NCBI RefSeq assembly: GCF_009914755.1
Contig: NC_060941.1
Direction: 5' to 3' (one strand)
From: the human T2T-CHM13v2.0 reference genome, Homo sapiens
DNA: 64,000 bases
Shown: one piece after another, positions 1-15,850 of the stretch
Layout of the letters: each line of letters opens with the position of its first letter
Position numbering within the stretch: position 1 is the first letter of the stretch
Translations under genes and position numbers: made by a program
The notes under the pieces: model-generated
The model's input: only the letters and a program-made list of their open reading frames with translations
What the model was told of the DNA's origin: nothing
Database searches by the model: none

Positions 1-455
1 TAGAGACAGGGTTTCACCATGTTGGCCAGGATGGTCTCGATCTCTTGACCTCGTGATCTGCCCACCTTGGCGTCCCAAAGTGCCGGGATTACAGGTGTGA
101 GCCACCGCACCTGGCCCTAATTTTGTATTTTTAGTAGAGACGGGGTTTCACCATGTTGGCCAAGCTGGTCTCAAACTCCTGACCTCAAGTGATATGCCTG
201 CCTCGGTCTCCCAAAGTGCTGGGATTACAGGCGTGAGCCAATGTGCCCAGCCTCTGAGGAGATTATATTTATGTGTGCTTTAAAAAATAAATATTCACCA
301 TCACTGCTTCCCTCCACTCACACAGATCAACCAGAGTTGACAAAATACTCAAAGAATCATACTTTTTGCTAGTATCCAGTTTGAGAAAATTCATCAAGCT
401 GCATACTTATATTCACTTTGCTGTATATGTTAAACTTCCATAAAAAGCTTTTTGA

Positions 456-834
<379 letters not shown>

Positions 835-1610
835 TGAGCCACCGTGCCAGGCCCCAAAATATCTTAAGTGCAGAGTGACCACAGGAAAGAGGTATCACAC
901 CCCTGGGGTACAAAGAGCAAACACACATTCCCTATCAGTGGGCAGAGAGTTACATTCCTGTCTTTTAATCCCAATGAGGCCTCTGCCTAGTAAGAATGGT
1001 AATGAATGAGGAGGAATCTAACCCCCTCATTCCCTGAGCAAATACTTCTTGGGTGCAAAACAGTGAGCAAGCCAGACCTGGTCCCTCTTTTGACCAAGGT
1101 CATGGTCCACCAGTGGACTGTCCTTTTCCAGGGGTCTGCTCCAGTGTGTGTTACTCTGAAAAGGCGCCACCGACTTCTGGAGGGCAGGGGACCTGTCTTT
1201 CCCTGCATTCTGCATCCCTCACCTGGAACCCAGAGATCCTGACAATATTCCACAACCCAGTAGGCAGGAAGTAAATGTTTTTTTAATTACTGAGTTGGAA
1301 AAATAAATTTGAGAAGTGGTGCTCCGATTTTTCAGGCTAAGCATCATTTTAGCAGGGCAAAATACTCTAGCTACAATACCTACTTAGTCCAGTAATAATT
1401 TTCAGAGGCCAAACAGGGCACACAAATTTGGGCCACTAATTTTCTGGTGGCATCCCCAACTCAAGACAAGAAATCTCCTAATACTCACTTTTAAAAATAA
1501 AACAAGCAAGACACATCAGAATTTCCTTTTGTGCCAAGTTGGGTATGGTTTCCTGGTTTCTTTAGCATTGAGAAGTCATTTCTGCGTCTCGAAGGCCACC
1601 CACGTCTTTA

Positions 1611-1778
<168 letters not shown>

Positions 1779-1971
1779 CTAGGAACTGCCATTCCCATAG
1801 CCACAGATGTAAGATTCCTAATGATAAGTAATTATACAATTACATACAAAATTATCCAAAGAAATGGGAGAATGGATTTTTTTTTTTAAGAGATGGGGTC
1901 TCACCGTGTTTCTCAGGCAATGGCTATCCACAGGAGTGATCACAGCACACTCTAGCATGAACTCCTGGGCC

Positions 1972-2770
<799 letters not shown>

Positions 2771-2883
2771 TAAGTGACATGACTGAGAACGAATGCTCTG
2801 ACTATTGAGGGTAAACGTCACTTCTGCAGGTCAAAACGCCTTCCGGATGTTTACGGTGCCCACACCATTTCCATGTGTTCCCG

Positions 2884-2994
2884 GCTGTACAGACTGTAAA
2901 CCCTTCTAGAGATGGTGTCTGTTTAGCAACATGCTGACCCGCTGTAAAGACTGTAAACCCTTCTAGAGATGGCGTCTGTTTAGCAACATGCTGA
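2884..2994. repeat. 57-bp tandem duplication (2 copies)
   Basis: gctgta(c/a)agactgtaaacccttctagagatgg(t/c)gtctgtttagcaacatgctga at 2884 and 2941. Confidence 0.93.
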
Positions 2995-3641
2995 TTATTT
3001 TGATCAGGCTGTACATGCACATAATACAAAATTATGACACAAATTCAAAATTACAAAAGGATACAATATAGAGTAACTAGAGTAACTCCTCTTCTTGCTT
3101 GTCCCTCGTCCCCAGTCTAGTAACAGCCACCTCTAAGAGATCCTACATACAAACATCCATGTGCGTGGATTTTTCTTTTAATATGAAGGGCGGCATGCAC
3201 ACACCTTGTTTCATAACTTCCATCCTTCACTGAACAGTCAACTTGAAGACTGCTCTCTATTGGTTTTTCCATGGCTGCAAGGATGTCACTATTTGGCTGA
3301 ACCACAATGCATTTAACGTTGTCCTACTAACGGGCCTTTTTTTTCTCTTTTTTTTTTTTTAAGACAGTGTCTCGCTCTGTCACCCAAGTTGGAGTACAGT
3401 GGCGTGATCTCGGCTCACTGCAAGCTTCGACTCCCGGGTTCACGCCATTCTCCTGCCTCAGCCTCCTGAGTAGCTGGGACTACAGGTGCCCGCCATGAAG
3501 CCTGGCTGTTTTGTATTTTTAGTAGGGACAGGGTTTCACCGTGTTAGCCAGGATGGTCTCGATCTCCTGACCTCGTGATCCGCCTGCCTCAGCCTCCCAA
3601 AGTGCTGGGATTACAGGCGTGAGCCACCGCACCCGGTCTAA

Positions 3642-3986
<345 letters not shown>

Positions 3987-4289
3987 TAAAGGATAGGTGT
4001 ATTTTATTTTTTGGGAGTTACTGCAAATTGTGCTCTATAGAAAACTGTAATTTTGGTCTTTTAAAGATATAGCTCCCATGTACCAGGAACTGCACCAATC
4101 CAAGCAGTACGAGAAGGCCCCATAAAAAGTTCCGGAGATCACATTTTGCAAATCAGAGACATAGCAATCCCATGCTGGTAAGATAGGTCTAGGCAGAGGC
4201 CACTGCCTTCCCGGCCAGGCAAAAGAGGACCACAGAGAGGACCCCATGGTAGCCCTGGAGAGGCTACAAGGCAGAGACTCAAGACCTCA

Positions 4290-4526
<237 letters not shown>

Positions 4527-4652
4527 TTAACTTGACTGGGAGCCCACGACACACTAGGCATGTATTATCCCATTCAATCCTCACCCCAGCCTGAGAGCTC
4601 TGTAGAATCACCCTCATTTTACAGATGAGGTTCAAAGAGGTTAGGTGACTTA

Positions 4653-4970
<318 letters not shown>

Positions 4971-5773
4971 TCACAGAGATCACGACAGAGTTGGGTCTCA
5001 AAACAGTTTCGTCTGACTTCAGAATCCATGCATTTAGCCACTCTGGGTAGTAAGCAGTGTGGAAAGAGCACAGAAGACTTCCTAACCCATCGAAGATACT
5101 CACCATGGCCCCTTTCCCTCCAACTAGCCTGTGGCTAAGGCCTTAAGTTTTCTTCTCAGTAACTGAACCCTTCAAGCTAATTATTGCCTCCCTCCCTCCC
5201 TTCCTGCTTCTTAAAAATTGGAACTTCTCAAAGGAGGAACACATTCACCCATTAACGCCTCAGCAGGAACCAGTTTCCCAGAGACAGCCAGTGTTTACCG
5301 GCAGGGACAAGGCACTCAGATGAGTGTGCTGAATGGTGGGCGGGTGGGCAATGACAGAGGGGACGGCTGTGGAAGAGAAACCCCGCTGACTTCACGACTT
5401 TGCCAAGGATCAGTGCTCAGTGGACTCAACAGATGCACAGATGGGGAAGGGATGTCGGTCAGGTCAGTTGAATGGAGCTCTCTCTACAACCTTGAAAAGG
5501 TGTGACCTGGGGAGGCAGGGCCTCGAGCCACTGTGTCCATGTCAGACCCACAGCCAGGATGCACTTAATGGAGCCGCAGGCCAATGCAGCTTAAAGCAGG
5601 AGGTCATCATGCCAGTTAACAGGTTCCTTGTTAGTCCACTGACAGGACTGAGCCTCAGCAACTCCAAACATCAGCCAAGGGAAAGAACACCCAAGACCAC
5701 CAGTGCAGTTACATTTTTCTCTCTCCTGTTCTTATACATCATCTACAGTTCCAACCCCCTTGACAATACTTAC

Positions 5774-5781
5774 TGTAATAA
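5774..5781 (-). CDS. PITPNA: PITPNA coding exon 5, 8-nt microexon (TTATTACA; completes V-I-T)
   Basis: Minus strand reads long pyrimidine tract...gcag|TTATTACA|gtaagt; supplies exactly the 8 nt needed to join exon 4 (phase 1) to exon 6 (phase 0), giving YCRTVITNEY. Confidence 0.93.
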
Positions 5782-7384
5782 CTGCTCCGAGGCAAGGACA
5801 TGGAAAGAAGAGAGAAAAAGATTAATGAAGATGAAGAAATATCTGCCCCCCACCCCCCACAAGGAGGACGAATGGCAGAGTGTACTTTACTCCCTGTGGC
5901 TTATTCCACGGTCACCTCCAAGCCCCAGTGAGTCAGAAATACCTTAACGCACCAACCCTCAAATTTCACTCAGACAAACATCCCAAAAAACCAAACAGGG
6001 AATTTAATTAAAGCGACGCCGCTATGGGCTTCTTGGGATTCTTTTCAGCAGGGCACTGACAGGGACCAGCTCTGATCAGCAGAGGTGCCGCAACTCATCA
6101 CTCTGGCATCAGAGCGTTCTCCGGCGCCTCCCACCCCTACCCCAGCCTCTACCTCCCGGGGCACAGAGCAGGGTGCTTTGGCCATGCACTGTATCTGCCT
6201 CCTGCACCCTTCCTCTCGCTGTAATCAAACCTCCCAGGCTCTGCACTCCTGCTCATTGTAATGGGAACCCCTTAGAAAGCATGGTTCAATTATTTATCAG
6301 AGAAAATGACTGCACCTCTCATGTCACTGGGGAACAGACTAGCTCTGCTCCTGAGACCGCCCGGTTCATTCTGTACCCTCTGAATTTAGGACCTATGTCC
6401 ACTTCTGCTGGCTGCCCCACTGCCATGTTTGTAGAGTGTGTGGGGTAACAAACTCCAGAACTGAAGTTAAGGTGACCCCGGAGCACAAAATGAGGCAAAG
6501 TTGAAATATAAAGAGTAAGAGCTATCACGCACAGAAATAACCCAAAAGACTGTCAGTAATTCCCCCATACCCAACGAAAGACACTTAGAAGGAAGCACCA
6601 GATTAAGATTACAACTGAAAGGCCTACACTGAAGTAACTGCCCTGTTAGCAGCTTCAAGAAAACCACGTTAGAATAAGAAAAGGAAATCATGGGTATAGT
6701 ATCTCGTCAGCAGAAATTCTCCTGTGCCGTGGTGGGCCCCGGAGGCCCAGCCCCCGCATGTGGCATCTCTGGCAGCGCCATCCCTGGAGTGGGGGCAGCA
6801 GTGCCAGGATGGCCTGGTCTGATGACACCAGCCACTAAACTTCTCCAACTAAGCACCTTTTTTGAATCTATCTCCTCTAAGAAAGTCTCTCCTAGTTCGG
6901 CCTCTCCGAGACGTGCTCATCAATGGACCCAAGAATCTGATCACTCAGCCAAGCGGACATTCTTTGCCACACATTGGCATTCTGATTATAATTTGGTTTC
7001 TCATGTAGAAGAATCCACAAGAAAAGAATGCCCTGATCATCGAATGGGAATGTCCCGTTTCGGTAGCAATTCTGCGTTTTAGTGTAACTTCATAGACTGG
7101 CGCTGGGGTTTTTACACATTCATCTTTGTGAGACCCCGAGAGACAGATCCACTCAGTTCTGACAACCTGGTTTTCCGAAATCATGAGGGTGACAGCCCTT
7201 GCTGACCTTTTCATGCAAACTTGGGTGATCAAACAATCCTCCCCAAACCTTCTCCAGCCCTCCCAGGCCCTCAAACACCTCTGCATTCCAGTATTCCCTG
7301 TTGTTCAAACTGTAACCCAAAGTACACAGAAAAGCCGCAGGAAATCTTTTGCAGTGGGAGAGCAGAGATTTCCAAATGAGACTA

Positions 7385-7663
<279 letters not shown>

Positions 7664-8362
7664 TTAAACCTAGCAGGCGGAGGTTGCAGTGAGCCGAGAT
7701 TGCACCACTGTACTCCAGCCTGGGTGACAGAATGAGACTCTGTCTCAAAAAATAAAAAAATTTAAAATAAATAAATAAAAGCATGGCTTAGTGATACTGT
7801 ATCCAGCCGAGGACTATAGTTCCAGGAAGAGATGGAAGGAGAAACAAACTTTCTTTTCCTTTTCCCACTTTCATTCATTCACAGACCAACTCCTATCTTA
7901 CCCTCTCCTCACTTCCAGCCCATCCCATCAGCTTCAAGGGAAAAAGAGAGAGGGAAACAAGCTAAGAACAGCAAGAGCTGATCATTACCAGGGTGTCCCA
8001 ATCTGTTTTCACTCCGCTCAGAGAAAGGAAGAGCCTTCCAAAAGCCATGAGGCATTTTACTTCATGCTCCTTCATCTATCTTCCTTCAAACTTGGATCTA
8101 CTGAGGCCAAGCTAAGATGTCTGAACTAATAACCTCTCTCCCATCAGCCCCCAGAGGGAACTGGAAAGTAGCCTTCCTTGCCTGCTGGTATCTCTTATTT
8201 TAAAAGAGCAAGTGTCTAACTAAACAGATCTAAGATTCAACATATCCATTCTGTGTGAAGGTGTATCCTGAATAGGAGGTCAGCACCCACTGAGGAAACC
8301 AACCTTCCTTCCCCTACTCCCTGTCTCCATGAAATATTTAGAAATTACATTTTTCCAGTGGA

Positions 8363-8400
8363 GCTCCAGTGGCGCAATTGGTTAGCGCATGGTGCTGATA
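8363..8400 (+). pseudogene. 5'-half tRNA-Ile(TAT) retrocopy (tailless retropseudogene) with 16-bp target-site duplication
   Basis: gctccagtggcgcaattggttagcgcatggtgctgata matches 33/38 nt of the recalled tRNA-Ile-TAT 5' exon; flanked by agaaattacatttttc (8340-8355) and agaaattatgtttttc (8402-8417). Confidence 0.85.
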
Positions 8401-8610
8401 CAGAAATTATGTTTTTCTTTTCTTTTGGCCAAGGATCAATATATGAACATTTAACGTGCAGAAAAATGCCCATGTCAGCCGCAACACTCTTCCCAGAATG
8501 ACACAGAGAACAGGGGCATCTCTCAGTTGGCACAAGCTGTGTACCCAGAACCCTGCCCCAGGCAGGGAGATGTCCACACTTGCAACACATGCTCACTGCG
8601 ACTCTCTTAG

Positions 8611-9025
<415 letters not shown>

Positions 9026-9809
9026 TAACTTCCAGCCCAGTGCTTAAGGAGTAGGGAGGGCTGTGCTTCAGCTACAGCAAGAAAACTCTAAGGGTTACAC
9101 ATCCCAGACCCCACCAATGACCGCAAATCTCCTGATACAAGGTCCCTGAACCTGTGTGGGGCCACTGAGGGTTGGAAAGAGCAATGACCCCGTATTCTGG
9201 ATTGCAGTCATTCCCAAAGTCCACAGGATAAGGGTGATATGCGTCACGTAAGGATCCCAGACTCATCAGACTCTAGGGAGTACCAGGTGCCAACAAAGAA
9301 AGCAAGTGCAGGAGGACAGGTCAGCAGAGGCTGGTGGGAGGACCCCGCAGCCCAACACTGTCTGTACCCACACATGGAGGCTGGTGGGAGGAAAGGTCAC
9401 CTACCTCACAGACAAGTGCCAGGGGACCTCTCAGGACTCCCCAGGGTTATGAATCAGTACCAGCTTAGGCCCTCCCAACAGGTCTATTCCTAGATGGCCC
9501 TGGAAACCTAGGAATCTTGGAAGGCTAAGAATCTGAATCACTCGAAAGAAATTTAAGAATGTCTGGACTAGAATAGAAAGTTCTCTGTGGAGGTTCAAAT
9601 CTTTCCTTTCCTTTCAAGAAACTCTATGCAGGAGACTGGCCAAGATTAAGAAAATAATTATACCTGTATCCTCAATTACAGAACATGCTGTTTCAGCAGA
9701 AGCCACAGTTCATTCATATGATGGAATACTATGCAGCTATTATAAATTAAAAAACAAAACAAAACAAAACACCAGACACCTTAGTGACAAGGAAAATGTT
9801 ATCCATTCA

Positions 9810-10130
<321 letters not shown>

Positions 10131-10404
10131 TTAGTAATCATATTAGTAATCCCAGCATTCTGGGAGGCCGAGGCAGGTGGATCACTTGAAGTCAGGAGTT
10201 CGAGACCAGCCTGGCCAACATGGTGAAACACCGTCTCTACTAAAAATACAAAAATTAGCCGGGCATGGTGGTGTATGCCTGTAATTCCAGCTACTTGTAT
10301 GGCTGGGGCACGAGAATCGCTTGAACCCAGGAGGCGGAGTTTGCAGTGAGCCAAGATTGTGCCATTGCTCTCCAGCCTAGGCAACAGAGCCAGGCTCCAT
10401 CTCA

Positions 10405-10789
<385 letters not shown>

Positions 10790-10936
10790 CTAAAATGTTA
10801 TAATGAATAACAATAATCAAAATCGCAGCATCCCCAAGTGAGAGACTGGCTCTGTGCTCTCAGGCCGTGACGACCGGTGCTTCTCGCCCTGCTGTCCACC
10901 AAGCTGTGCTGGACACAGCACTGATACCCACCATCA

Positions 10937-11260
<324 letters not shown>

Positions 11261-12092
11261 TTACTGGTGGGAGTGAGAAGTTACGTATGAGAGCCTGACA
11301 CCCCACCTTGGCTGGCTCCTAACACACACCCACGACGTGCCCCACCAGCCACCAGAAACAGGACCACACAAGAGACCCCAGGCTACCTGCTGTGGCTCAT
11401 CACCCCTTCCATCAGCATTACACATTTTTCCAGAGCTTGCTGGGCCCAGGGCATTATACTACAAGGTGCGAGAAAAACACAAAGGAGATGCCTCCAAGCA
11501 TGAACCAGTCTCGGTTTAGGGCCAGGGTAACTAGCCGACTAACTTGGGTTTGGGATCCAGGATTATCTGATCTGCTTTCATCAGCTCTGAGAGGCCAGGA
11601 GGGCCTAGAACCATTTGCCTCCCAGGACAAAGTATTTTCTTCTACTCAATTCTTTTTTTTTGTTTGTTTGTTTGAGACGGAGTCTCCCTTTGTCGCCCAG
11701 GCTGGAGTGCAGTGCTGCGATCTCGGGTAACTGCAACCTCCACCTCCAGGGTCCCAGTTCAAGCGATTCTCCCGCCTCAGCCTCTTGAGTAGCTGGGATT
11801 ACAGGCATGCGCCACCACGCCCAGCTAATTTTTGTATTTTTAGTAGAGACAGGGTTTCACCATGTTGGCCAGGCTGGTCTTGAACTCCTGACCTCGTGAT
11901 CCACCCACCTTGGCCTCCCACGGTGCTGGGATTACAGGCATGAGCCACCGCGCCCGGTCTCTTCTACTCAATTCTTATCTCAGGTTACAGAACAACATGT
12001 ACAGTATAAGCCCCCTGCTTTTTTTTTTTTTTTTGGTAGGTGTGTGGTTTGACGGAGTAGGAAAACATTTAGAATTTTTTTTTTTTTTTTGA

Positions 12093-12275
<183 letters not shown>

Positions 12276-12393
12276 TAGACAGGATGGTCTCAATCTCCTG
12301 AGCTCATGATCTGCCCGCCTCAGCCTCCCAAAGTGCTGAGATTACAGTGGCGTGAGCCACCGTGCCTGGCCTAGAAAGATTTTTTAAAATTAA

Positions 12394-12740
<347 letters not shown>

Positions 12741-13715
12741 TAACAGATAATCTGTCCAGTCTTTGGCAAGCTCTGGCAACCTCATCAGCTTTAGTGCCTC
12801 AGGCCTAAGAAAGAAGAGCAAACTAGAGCAGAGAGCTAACCTGGAGCACTTGGGGCGGCCTCTGTGATTCACGAACTCACTGCCATCCCCATTCAGGCGA
12901 GTATTTCTAGGTCCAGGCAGGGGGACACACAGAGAAACCAAACAGATGTGGCTCCCACCCTCAAGGAGTTTCCGGTCTACTGGGGCGTGTAACTAGACAA
13001 GGCCAAGCACAACACTGTAAGTTCATGCCATAATGCGGTGGGCACAGGGCCCTGGGTGGCGGAGTGCTGTGAGAACACAGTGGGGGACATGCAGTGCACC
13101 GGGCAGGCTCTGCGAGGAAAGTCAGGATGAACCAACACATGGGACAATGAGTGGGGCTAAGCTAAGAGACAGATGGGAGTGGGGTGGGAAAAGCTGGAGA
13201 AAAGAGGGACAAGTTCAGAGTAACCGGTGCAGGTACAAGGTGGGGAATTCAAGGAGACACCTGAAGCTGGATCCTAAAAGATTTTTTTGTTTTTTTTTTG
13301 AGACAGGGTCTCACTCTGTGGCCCAGGCTGGAGTGCAGTGGTGTGATCATGGCTCACTGGCAGCCTTGACTTCCTGGGCTCAGGTGATCCTCCCACCTCA
13401 GCCTCCCAAGTAGCTGGGACTACAGGTGCACACCACTATGCCTGGCTCATTTTTGTATTTTCTGGTAGAGACAGGGTCTTGCTATGTTGCCCAGGCTGGC
13501 TAAAAGGTCCTATAAGTTATGTCAGACAGCACGGACTTCGTCCTGAAGGCAAAGGGAAGCCGTCAGCAGTTTTGGCGCTGGGAGTGACAGACCATCCAGA
13601 CTGAACACTTGAAGCGGTGCGGAGAACTGAAAGGCAGGGAGACTCGTTAGAAGCTGCTGTAGTAATCCAGGCAAGAGGTGGCAAGGAAGGGACATGTTGG
13701 AGACGCTGAGGAGAT

Positions 13716-13874
13716 GGAGTCAGCAGGACCTGATGGGACACGAAGGGCAAGTGAGAGTGTTGCGGGGCGGAGTCAGCGGGACCTGATGGGACACGAAGGG
13801 CGAGTGAGAGTGTTGCGGGGCGGAGTCAGCGGGGCCTGATGCGATAAGAAGGGCGAGTGAGAGTACTGCAGGGG
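13716..13874. repeat. 53-bp tandem repeat, 3 copies, within L2-like sequence
   Basis: ggagtcagc.ggacctgatgggacacgaagggc.agtgagagtgttgcggggc at 13716, 13769, 13822. Confidence 0.9.
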
Positions 13875-14482
13875 AGCTCTGCTTTCTGCTTTGGGCAGCC
13901 AGATGGCTGACACAGTAAAGCTTCTCTTGTCACCATGGGGAGAGGTAGTGGTGGCAGTCACTGCTGGCCTTTTCTTTTTCTTTTTTTTCTTTTTTTTTTT
14001 TTGTAAGAGACAGGCGGGATCTCATTCTGTGGCCCAGGCTGGAGTGCAGTGGCGTGACCATGGCTTACTGCAGCCCTGACCTCTTGGGCTCGGGTGATCC
14101 TTCCACCTCAGCCTCCTGAGTAGACAGGACTACAGACACTCGCCACCACACCAGCCTAATTTTGTTTATTTTTTGTAGAGATGGAGTCTCGCTATGTTGC
14201 CCAGGCTGGTCTCAAACTCCTGACCTCAAGTGATCCATCCGTCTCGGCCTCCCAAAGTGCTGGGATTACAGGCGTGAGCCCCCGAAGCACCCGGCCAGGT
14301 TCCATCTTTCATATGTAGAGACCTCGTCTCTGTCAGTTTGGTTGGACCAACTTAGTCTTGAGGAAACAATTGGTCCCTTCTACCTAAAATACCAACTTCA
14401 CCATCTCTTTTCAAAATCCTCTTTAAGAAATACAAATACCAGAGGAGGAGCAAAACGAGACATGGAGAAAAAGTGTGCTGGT

Positions 14483-14760
14483 GAGGAGACTGAGTGATGG
14501 TGAGGTTCCTCCCCGCTGGACAGCACTGCTCTCCTCGCACCCCGGCACTGAGGTCCTGGACCCTCTGGCGAGGAGACTGGGTGACGGTGAGGAGACTGGG
14601 TGATGGTGAGACTCCTCCCCGCTGGACAGCGCTGCTCTCCTCGCACCCCGGTACTGAGGTCCTGGACCCTCTGGCGAGGAGACTGGGTGATGGTGAGGTT
14701 CCTCCCCACTGCACAGCACTGCTCTCCTCGCACCCTGGCACTGAGGTCCTGGACCCTCTG
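14483..14760. repeat. 87-bp VNTR, 3 copies plus a 19-bp partial unit, PITPNA intron 3
   Basis: Units start at 14483, 14589, 14676; partial at 14570-14588. Confidence 0.93.
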
Positions 14761-15694
14761 ACACCATCAAAGTGACAGACCACAGTGAAGTGGGGCTTTT
14801 TCCAAATGAAAGTCAATTGATTTCAGTTCAGTTTAGAGACTAGAAATTAAGATCCAGCTTTCAGTTTCACAGCAGTGTGGATGGACTTAAATGTCACTGA
14901 ACTGTATACTTAAAAATGGTTAAAATGGTGAATTTTATGTTACGTGTACTTTATCACAATTTTTAAAAAGATTCAGGTTTACCTTTACCAGTTCTGGATA
15001 GCTTCTAAAACTAGCTTGGTTTGACTTCCACTCAAGCTGATGTATAATTAATACCATCAACGCCCTTTGGGTCTGCTCACAGTTTGCTGAAACATTACTG
15101 TTTTCGTTAGGGATTTAGCAAATTTGTGTAGTTTGATATGGATTCCAGTACACAAATCAGTTCAAGCTTCATTTAAAAATGCTGATGCCTTTGATCCAAA
15201 GAGAGGTACCAAAATTTCTCTAGCGATCGATTTCACGATATCAGAATTAAAAACCCTACCAGCCCAGCAATTCTAGGAATTCAATTTTAGGAATATTTGC
15301 TAAAAATCTGCATATACAAGTACATCAGAAGATCTACACAGAAGGAGTTTTACTGGATTATGTAGGCATCTGGAAATGACTAGAAATATGCGTCAAGACA
15401 GGAGGGTTCAACAACCTATAGCACTTCTGTCCCCCATGATACTGTGAATCCTACACGGACTTCAGAGACCGAGGCAGACAGAACAGGCTGGGAGAGGAGG
15501 CCATGATAAGTAACAACAAAAAAGGAATAGTATATTCCCATCTATATAAATGTGAGTATAACATTTATACAGTCAGTATATAACTATTAATTGTTAGGAT
15601 ATAACAATTAGTATAATCCCATCTATATAAAACAATAAAGGAAATAACACTCATTCACACACACACAAAAGCCAGCATCCGGCCCCGCTGCTCA

Positions 15695-15850
<156 letters not shown>

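Noticed and set aside
8363-8400. Functional tRNA gene
   Set aside because: Only the 5' half is present, no B box or T arm, anticodon mutated
14352-14816. 154-aa repeat-containing ORF as a nested gene
   Set aside because: Starts at TTG, is a translation of the 87-bp VNTR, and has no promoter or splice support
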